The position numbers were made by a program, and so were the translations under genes. Below the pieces are notes generated by a model. It had not been told where the DNA came from. It saw nothing but the letters and a program-made list of their open reading frames with translations, and searched no databases. Below are positions 54,869-64,000 of a DNA stretch of 64,000 nt, piece by piece (positions within the stretch are counted from its first letter, which is position 1; every line of letters starts with the position of its first letter). This stretch comes from Fimicolochytrium jonesii (lineage: Eukaryota): contig NW_026515668.1 of NCBI RefSeq assembly GCF_025526975.1, positions 124,001-188,000 on the forward strand. Reading direction: 5' to 3'.

Positions 54869-57800
54869 CTATGCCGTCTCCCTCCTCCACCACCCCCGTC
54901 CGGTCTTCGGCACCCTAACCGCCCAATACACCACCAACGCCATCGCGACATTAACCCCGACAAACGCCCACACGACGGCAAAATTCCTCCACCGATCCGC
55001 GTACTTCATCCCAAACATATCCAAAAACACATCCGTATTGCTCAGCGGACAGAAGTGGCACTTTTCCACATCGCCCGGGTTCTCCATGTACCCGCCCGCG
55101 ACGGCCTGGAAGAACGAGATGTACTGCCCGCAGGAGAGCGGGGCGGTGGTGTTGGGGAGCGTGGGTGGGTCGAATGTAAGGATCTCGGAGGGGGAGCAGG
55201 TCATGGTGACGTTGGAGAGGCCGGTGGAGAGGAGGCCCGAGACGAGGTAGGTGAAGGGGGAGAGGTGGTACATCCATTTCCAGAGGCGGGGGAGGGTGGT
55301 TGGGGAGGCGAGGACACTGTGAAAAATCGATAAAAAAATCGTGAGTGGGATGGCTAAAACTAGAGAAGAGTGGATAGTTTGCGTGAAACGTACCCGCAGA
55401 AGATGAGACACATCGCATACCCCACGTTCGCCATATTCCCCGCCGTCTCCGGCATCTCCACCCCCGCGATAAACATGATCCCATACGTGCTCGTAAACAT
55501 CAAAAACTGCCATATATACAGAAACATCAACCCAGACCGTTCAACCACCTCCCCCTCCGCCGCGTTCCTGTCCATCCCGATCGGGTAGTACCACCCGCAA
55601 AACATCACGGCGGCGAGAAGCAGGTTCCACGGCACCTCGACGATGATGTGGCTCAACATGAACGCTTGCCATGAGTATGTTTTGCTTGGCCGTTCACGCG
55701 CCTCGTACAGCGCGCGTTGGGTGACGAAGAGCGGCATGAGTTGTTGGCAGAGGTTGCCAAAGATGGTCATGAGCATGAAGATGGAGTACATTTGGTTCTG
55801 CAGGCCTTGTTGGGTATGTGGGGCGTTGAAGAAGGAGAAGCCGATGAAGAGGCCGGAGCCGATGCCGAGGAGGAGTTTGGAGTAGATGTAGGAGGGGGTG
55901 CGGTAGTATTGTTGGAAGATGCGGAGGAGGGTTTGCGATAGTTGGGTGTGGAAGGGGGCGGCGAATTCTTGAGCGTGCTTGGGTATCTTGGTGTCGGTTG
56001 GACTCGTATTCGGCGCAGGCAGACTGAACTGTGAAGCGTTGGTCTTCATATACGCCAACTCCTCCCTCACCTCTGCATACTCCGGGCTGCTCTCCCACAC
56101 TGCACACCAATCCACCTCCGTCGTACTCCCCGGCGTCGCCCCAATCACCTCCAACATCCATTCCGCCGGGTTCGCACCACGCGGACATGGCGACGCACCA
56201 TTCCTCTCGAAATACTCAATCAGCGCCATGCAGTCCGGCCCAATATCCCCAAAATACACCGTTTTCCCGCCCTCGGCCAACAAAAGCAGCCGGTCGAAGC
56301 GCTGGAAGAGTATAGCGGAGGGCTGGTGGATCGTGCAGAGGATGGCTTGCCCGTTCTGCGCGAGCGTGCGGAGGAGGGAGAGGATGGACCAGGAGGTCTG
56401 CGAGTCGAGGCCGGAGGTGGGTTCGTCGAGGAAGAGGAGGAGTTCGGGCCGCGCGGCGAGTTCGACCCCGATTGTGAGGCGTTTGCGTTGTTCGACGTTC
56501 AATCCTATGATCCACGAAAAAGAAAAAAACAACTGATCAGTTTCATCTTACCCCCGCATCCCATACAAAATGCAATGGAAAATCAACATACCTTCGCCCG
56601 GAACACCAACAACAGCCTCCGTCCACCCCTCCATCCCCAACATCCCAATCACCGCCTCCACATACTCCCTCCTCTCCCTCCCACTCCCTCTCCCCCTCAA
56701 CATCGCACTAAAAACCAATGCCTCCCTCACCGTCGCCGTCGCCAGATGCATATCCCCCTGCTGCACATACCCCGCCTTCCGCGCAAACGCCTGATCCCGC
56801 TCCTGTCCATCCACCCGTATATCGCCCGTCACGACCCCCGTGGTGATGCGGGAAGCGAGAACGTCAAGGAGGGTGGTCTTGCCGGCGCCGGAGACGCCCA
56901 TGAGGGCGGTGAGGGTGGAGGGTTTGACCCAGCCGGAGACGGAGGTGAGGATTTGCTTTGGGGAAGGGGAGGCAGGGAGGGTGTAGGTGACGTCTTGCCA
57001 GTGGAACACGGAGGTGTGGGGGTGGATTGACGGGTGGGTCGAAGGGCGCGGGGTCGTATTTGGGCGAGATAGGGAGACTAGGCGGGCGCCTTTGGATTCG
57101 ATGTCGGTTTCCGTTTTGCCGTGGGTATCATCATCATCATCGTCATCTCGCTTTTTTGTGGGTTGCCGTTCACGTCGAAACAGCAACACCTCCCCCTTCG
57201 ACTTCTTCGCAACGATGTACTCACTCGCCAGCAAATACGTGACCAAGAACAGCACCATAAACCCCACCACAACCCCCACATTCCGCCACTTCCTTCCCAA
57301 CTCATACGCATACGCCACCCTCATGAAATCATCTCCCTTCACCGTCGTACTCCCCGGCATCGCCCCCGCGGCCACACACGCGCGATTCACAGCAGGGAGG
57401 TCGCTGTAAAACGGACCCATGGGGAGCATGGTCGTGCAGGGGAACTCCCGCCCTTCGAATTCGTTGATGATGAGGCTTTCGAACCCGTAGGAGATGGGGG
57501 AGATCTTGACTAGCCATTTGGCCCAGCCCAACATATCCTTCACGGGGATCGTGAACCCCGTATACATCACCAACGCCAGCATCAGCACCGCACTCGGGGC
57601 GTCCGCCTGGACCTGGCTGCGACTGGCCGCGCCGATCGTGCGGAACAGCATCGACATTGTCAGAGTGATCACGAAGGTGGTGAGCCAGAAGAAGAGAAAG
57701 GCTTGAGGGGTCCGGCGGAGGTTGGCGAGTAAGTAGATGGGGACGTTGAAGGTGAGCGAGTTGAGGAGCTTGTAGGGGAGGTCGGTGAGCATGGAGGCGA

Positions 57801-59756
57801 GGGCTTCGCAGGAGGGGTGGTAGAGGGCGTAGCGGGTGTGTTTTTCGACGATGGGGCGTTGGGCGTAGAGGGTTATTATCTATAATAATATCATGGAGAA
57901 TAAGCATACCGTACACGGCACCCCCGACGCAGCTGAATGATATGAATTGGGTACATTACCTCCAGGATACTACTGAAAGCAGCCATCAACGCCACAAAGA
58001 ACAACAAACTCCCCCGTTCATAAAAACTTCCCGTCTCCGCCGGCAACCCATAATACACGCTCCCGACCACAAGCGCCACAAACATATTCCCCGCCAGCGC
58101 CGTCAGCGGCAACGACGGGTCGGCTCTCAACCGCACGAACCCGCGCCACACGCATAGTTTCGTTTGGCCCCAGTAGGATAGGGTGTAGGGTGAGTTTACG
58201 GTCTGGTACCGGGATTGCTGAGCCCGGCGGGAGGCGATGAATCTGGTGAGGTGGTCCCCGCCGATGGGGTAGGTTTTGTCGTACTGCTCGATCTCACGCA
58301 GGAGGGATTTATACGCGTCGCTGTTTTTCCAGGCGGCGGCGAATTCGTCCGGGGTATGTGGGACGGTGTTTTCAAAGCCTGGGCGGATGAGGCGCTCGGA
58401 GGGGCTGGTGAGGGAGGTGAGGAAGTCGGGGGTGGTTTGGCGGTCGGGGCAGGTGAAACCTAGATCGAGGAAGTATTGTTTTGCGGCGCTGGTGGGGCCG
58501 AAGTAGATTTGGCGGCCTTTGTAGAGGAGGGTGACTTTGTCGAACAGCTTTTGGGGATTGAGGGTAGGTGGTAAGATTTTGATTGAGAGGAGGGAAGCAG
58601 GGGATGGGGTTAAGGGACGACTCACATCGAAAGCGCTCTGAGGCGCCTGGTATATAGCCACACAAGCAGTCGCACCCAATAGCTCCGTCTCCAGCCTCAA
58701 ACTCCTACAAAACTCCACCGCGTTCGCGCTATCCAGCCCCCTCGTCGAATTATCCCAACACTGCAGCGGCGCGCCACTCAACACCGCCTCGGCGATGCTA
58801 ACGCGTTTCCGCTCCCCGCCGCTGATCCCCCGCACGTAGTCATTCCCCACTTTTGTGTTGACGGTGTGGCTGATCCCAAAGACGGCCATGACGATATCGC
58901 GGACGTGGCGCGTGAACATGTCGCGGTCGATGCCGCCGGGGACGTGCCGGTGTTGGCGAGCGGCGGCAGCGAAAGTCAACGTGTCGCCGACGGTCATCAT
59001 GGGGAAATGCACATCGGTTTCAGCCGTATAAATCGCTTCCCCGCGGAAATCGCTGTGCATCTGTTTGGCGCTGATCCCCTGGTAGTTGAGGTACACGTCG
59101 CTGTTGATGATGTATCCGTGAGTTTCCCCCGCGAGTGTTTTGAGCAGGGTTGAACATCCACTGCCGGGTGATCCAAGCAGCACTAGCATCTCCCCGCTAT
59201 GCACGACACCGTCAAAGTCATGGAGGATCTGGATCTTGCGCTGTCCGATCCCCAACACGCTTTTCACCCACCCGACGACGTCATGCAGCCCGGTCTGCAC
59301 CGTGCGCTGGTAATCCGTGTCCGCACCATACCCAAACACGTTGAGGTTGCGAAACGCGACGCCGGCCGTGCGTTTTGGGAACCGTTCGGGGTCCCGGGAA
59401 TGTAAGCTCAGCAAGGCCTTCACCCACGCCCGCGGACTGAATGTGGGCGATTGCGGGTCGAGATTGGATCCGGGTTCGATGTGAAAATCGTTATTTTGCC
59501 GTAGTGAGGACAGTGACTCGATGGAGAATTGCCGGGAGAGGCCTTTTGCTAGCATCGCGACCTTTCCATCCGATTCTGTTTGTTTGTGCCGTTCGTCTAC
59601 GTTGATTAATCGCTCGCTGCTGCTGTTGCTGGAATAATGTGGGGGTTCGCTGGCTTGGCGATGGTATATGGTCTCCTGGAGAGGGATATTGTCGTCCACG
59701 TCGTATCCTAGCCCACTGCCTTCGCTGCTTTGGCGAGTTCCCCTATCTGGTGACAT
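54869..59756 (-). CDS. Pleiotropic drug resistance (ABCG/PDR) full-size ABC transporter, multi-exon
   Basis: NBD1 [39 protein letters not shown]2 [38 protein letters not shown]. Two membrane domains. Confidence 0.96.
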
Positions 59757-61692
59757 GGTGTCTTGTGCTATGCCCCTAGTCGATACTGTTATGTGCTATG
59801 ACCTTCACGAACTTGTGACCTAAGTGAGCTCCGTGCACTTGCATCCATTTGCTTTCGTAAAAACTGGCTTTCTGGGGGAGGTGGAGTCTGCGCGCGGGAA
59901 TGCAGCTGATGAGGACCGTCAGTTCCAGCCTGGGGGCGCTGCGATAGGACGGGTGCTGCTGGACAGGACAGTACAGTAGCTTGGAAGGCGGGTTCTTGTT
60001 AGACAGTGAGTCTGGGAGGGTATTGCGGCGGCTTCAAGGCGCAACGAAAGCCGCCGTTGTGCTATTATACATATCCTATTGCGCGAGAGAGTCCCACGGG
60101 CGGCCGAGAATCAAATCATCCCCTTACGTTTGCAGGATGGCCGTAATACAATAATATTGCGGTGATCTCATTTACGCATCTGGCCTGGAATATGAGTTGT
60201 AGTGGACGGGCGGCACCATAAGACGGCAAGCCCTGTCAAGTGGCCCCAAGTGTAGGATGTACCGCGCGACGGCAGAGCGAAGAGTAGGCGTCGTTGGGCC
60301 CCCATGTGATGCGTTTCCGCCCACGGACAAGCCATGCGCGCCGGGCTCCTCCTGCCAACCTTCTCGAACCATTCCTATATTATACGCCGTGCTCTGTGTA
60401 TCAGAAAACGAGTGCATATGGCGCCAAGAGCGACGACAGGACCAGGGGACCACGAACATCAACACGAAAGAAATCCCAGGCAAGGGATAGTGGGATGTCG
60501 TTGTCCTTGAGCAGACTCATGTGCAGATGAACGACGGCGAAGGCTTCCGATTCAACCTGTGTGCCGCGTTGGGCAAACTCAAGCCCCCAGATCGAGCGCC
60601 AGACGAAGGAATCCCCACATCTAACAAATCCACTCCCTCAAGTGTCCGTCGATCTGCAAAATCAGCTTGGTGTCCTCCCCGACCATACCCTCATAAGATG
60701 CGAGAACCTCCCATTTTCCTCCAAGGACTTCCGAGTCATTTTCATGGTGATGGATCGAGAGAGGATGCAGACGTTCACGTACTCCACAAAGCATACCCGC
60801 AGCCAGCATCTCCTGTACCACCCGCAGCGGCCGATAGGTTTCCCCGCGTCGGTTTCTGATGCGCACCCAGCCGTCGATGGACGTAGTAGTGGATCTTCGA
60901 CAGTCGCCGTGACCGGCGGAGGGTACGTAAGCCGTTGACGAGTTCGAGTGGGGACTGGACTGGCACATTCCTACCCCATTTGCCGTTGAGAAACACCTTC
61001 GCTCCGCATCCCGGTGGACCGGAAGACGTCTTCCATGTGCATGTCCTTCAGCGCCGCGTGGACCCACAGGTGATGGTGGCGGTCAGCGCCGCTCTCTTGG
61101 CCCTCTGGCTTCTCGGCTGGACAGACGCATAACCAAGTAGGCCTCAGGTGTATCATGTGTAATTTCCACAAGTGGTGTAGCGGATCAAAGACACACACAA
61201 GACTGGCGCATGGTGGTCAGGTCAAAGCCACTCAAAGCTGGCGCATGATGATACCTGGACGATCAATGCAGGTAGAAATAGAAAGCTACGACATATGAGT
61301 AAGTAGTGTTCGCATCTACAAAATCCGGCGCTACACCACGGATTCGCTAATTCCAGAGCAATGCAACTCGATCCTACGACGATCCGCGGAGGTAGGATGG
61401 CCCTTGGAGATGGCGAAGCTGCGAGTGATGAACGTTCTGGTGGACGATCTGCATCCATTCAGAGAATTTGGGCTGAGAGGTCGTCGGAGCGAGCGATGCC
61501 AAGGCTTTGTATTGTTTAAGGAATGATACGTTTGGCGGTTTCATGGGTTAGGAGGAGGAATTCGCCACAGGCTTCTGATGCCTATATATGGTTTCGCCTT
61601 TTGATATTTGTCCTGGCAGATGGGTTTCCTTCAAAGACTACGACATCCGAGGTGTTTGTCGCATACAAAATTGAAAACTCAAAAAAGCAAAA

Positions 61693-61765
61693 CGATCTTA
61701 CCAGGAGTCGAACCTGGAATCTCCTGTTCCGTAGACAGGCGCCTTGACCATTGGGCCATAAGACC
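61693..61765 (-). tRNA. tRNA-Arg(ACG)
   Basis: Cloverleaf GGTCTTA..., anticodon arm CCTGT-CT-ACG-GA-ACAGG, T-loop GGTTCGACTCC, downstream T-run. Confidence 0.92.
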
Positions 61766-63091
61766 GTGTTGATTCCATGTCTCATTACGTCAAATGAGAG
61801 ATTCTTGAAAAGGCGACGTTTGTGGTCAAACTTGGCCTGGGCGCCGCTCGAGGTGTCGCGTCAATTGGTCGTTAGCGTTGGGAACTTAGAGCCGACGTGT
61901 CGATTTGCAGCACCTGCGCCGTACTGTCTCCACATCTTTCAACGCTCAGCAACGCCCATCGATAGTTTTGCGACGCCGAAGGAGTGTTGAGGACGTGGAG
62001 CCAGAGCCCTGGTGCTCCCGGGGTCGGCGATCGTGGTCACCCGCACAAAGAACGCCCGCGAGGAGATTGCGGAGGTCGTCGACGATCGTGCAAGTCGCGC
62101 GGCTCGGAGGGGGTGAGCGCTCACTCTACGTATCCGGCAAATCTTTCTATACAGAAGTGGGTTTGCGGTTTTTGCTGTTCTCGCTGCGAGAGGCGCTCGG
62201 ACAGCGAAGTGAGTCCGTGAGAAGCGGTTTGATTTCGGGGAGAGGGTCCTCGTCCAGCGCCTTGCTGGGTATTTCTGTTGACACTAGGGAATGCTTGTAT
62301 CATTTGAGCATTTTTGGGCCAATAGCGTTTTGTTTATTACGCGTTTTGGTTGGGGTGGTTTGTCACCCTCCACGCACTCCCGTGAACCGAGATGCTAGTA
62401 TTGTAATGCAGGGAGGCGTCCAAGTGTCGTTTCTCTTGGACACTGTCTGCGAAAACGGGATGAAGACCCAGGGCCAAGGTGGTTTCCGAGCAAGGCAGGG
62501 TGAAGTTGCTGACTTTGAGAAAGCGGGTTTGAGACAGAAAAGGGGACCCAATCCGGTTGCCGTGATATTGACATTGGAACACTTGGGGGACAGATGTCGA
62601 AATCCGCCATTCTCCAAGTTGCTGCTACGGTCACGCGTCGGCCTCATTCTCCGCCGTTCGGACTTGCTATTTGGCCAGCGTACGGAAAGCTTGGCATCAA
62701 CAGCAGACATTCCAGGCTACCAGATGAATCCTGAGCCCGGGATTGCGCGCCCTTTGTCGATGTCCGTGACGGAAGAAAATATGTAAACGAGGGTGTGGTG
62801 GCGATCGCACCAAAATGGTAGATGACAGGGCTTCAACTCCCACTGGTACTTTGTGAAAGAACGCATGTGATTAACCGTAAGCAAATGACCCGCTTTATGT
62901 TAAACTCTCAAAGTTACAAATCATCGCTCCAACCAGAAAGAATACATGTAAAAACGAAGGAGGGTGATTTGCTCAGACAATAGAGACGACCATATATAGA
63001 AAGTCTGTTTTCCGATCTCACGAATTGTCCAGCCCCCTCCTCCCATAGCTCACGCCCGCCAGCAGAAACGAGAGCGGTCAGATCAAACTAT

Positions 63092-64000
63092 CTATACCCG
63101 AATCTCCTCTTGCAAGGTATTGTTGCTCCCCTTACGCTTCAGACTGCTCTCACTGCCCGACTTGCGCACGACCGCCGCCTCACTCGGGATCTCACGACCC
63201 TGCAGCTTGGCGAGGATCCCGCTGCTGATCAGCACAAAGTCCTTGCGGCCGTCCCACAGCGGTAACAGCCCGACGGAGAGGAAGGCAAAGAACGCCCACA
63301 CGATCGAGGTGACGACCCACCCCCGGAAGAACTTTTCGCTAAACACGTAGTCGCGGTACAGCGAGAGCGGCCAGATGAGCATAAACACCGCAAAGATGAT
63401 GATGGACGCGACCGACGCGACAATCAACCACTTGTGCAGGTTTTCCTTGCCGTATGCGTCGTTCTGCTCGATCTCCTGGATCTCCTTCTCGTCGACGTTG
63501 CCATTGCGCCGGGACTCCCACACGCTGTCGAACTTGAAGTCGCCGGGGGAGAAGATGGATCCCAGTGTGCAGACGATCAACCCGAGGCCGATGGCCCCCG
63601 CGAACGCGTAGATGCAGGCAGTGGGGTTGGAGAGGGAGGTGACTGTGAGACCCTCGGCGCTGTAGTGGTTACCGAGCACGAGCCAGATGATCAGGCCGAC
63701 GAAAAAGTTGCCCCAGATGGCCGCCGCGGCCCAGTTGGGTGTACGCTCGACCCAGAAGGAGAAGATCATTTGAGGCAGCGCGGCGCAGGACCAGACGCCC
63801 GTCATGTTGTACAGCAGGCCGAGGTCGACGCCGACGCCGTGCAGGAGTGACGCAAAGGCCGCGGTGAAAAGCGTGAAGGCGACGACGGCGTAGTGCTGCG
63901 TGCGAAGGATGTCGTCGGGCTTGGCGGCGCGGTTTATGTAGGTCTTGTAGATGTCGTAGCCGCTGATCGATGACACCGCAATCAGTTGCGCGGAGATGGC
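63092..64000 (-). CDS. DUR3: Urea/polyamine active transporter (Dur3, sodium:solute symporter family), 3' part
   Basis: SAQLIAVSSISGYDIYKTYIN, LIWPLSLYRDYVFSEKFFRGWV and PLWDGR. Confidence 0.85.
   Translation of the reverse strand, partial: AISAQLIAVSSISGYDIYKTYINRAAKPDDILRTQHYAVVAFTLFTAAFASLLHGVGVDLGLLYNMTGVWSCAALPQMIFSFWVERTPNWAAAAIWGNFFVGLIIWLVLGNHYSAEGLTVTSLSNPTACIYAFAGAIGLGLIVCTLGSIFSPGDFKFDSVWESRRNGNVDEKEIQEIEQNDAYGKENLHKWLIVASVASIIIFAVFMLIWPLSLYRDYVFSEKFFRGWVVTSIVWAFFAFLSVGLLPLWDGRKDFVLISSGILAKLQGREIPSEAAVVRKSGSESSLKRKGSNNTLQEEIRV

Noticed and set aside
60521..62786. ORFs 60521-61132 and 61905-62786
   Set aside because: No recognisable motifs or consistent exon structure, so I cannot support them as genes.

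Overview
Intron-rich, GC-rich eukaryotic DNA, most likely fungal (a chytrid-like early-diverging fungus is an inference from the gene set). Host genes flank the window: HECT E3 ligase, tRNA-Thr, NAA10/ARD1, RPC17, PEMT and an aftiphilin-like gene on the left; RPL37, ketopantoate reductase, aladin, ALG9, a PDR ABC transporter, tRNA-Arg and DUR3 on the right. The centre is a nest of mobile DNA. A degenerate Ty3/gypsy retrotransposon (minus strand, 12927-42745) has its gag split by a 551-bp solo LTR and by a 24,369-bp AT-rich, intronless endogenous Polinton-like virus (PLV; 18024-42392). The virus has 771-bp terminal inverted repeats (TIRs). It encodes a major and a minor capsid protein, an A32-type packaging ATPase, a giant fibre, an AEP primase-D5 helicase, a second D5 helicase, and both a tyrosine recombinase and an RVE-chromodomain integrase. 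I see no protein-primed DNA polymerase and no maturation protease. The ends are asymmetric: the left end carries a perfect 51-nt palindrome, and a 7-bp core (GTGGATC) that is also the tip of the TIR is duplicated at both junctions. Removing the element restores the gag frame, and rejoining its ends gives a ~1.58-kb palindrome with a 1-nt centre. This points to tyrosine-recombinase integration of a circular or hairpin-junction genome rather than Polinton-style DDE integration. All protein assignments come from motif recognition by eye; no searches were run.
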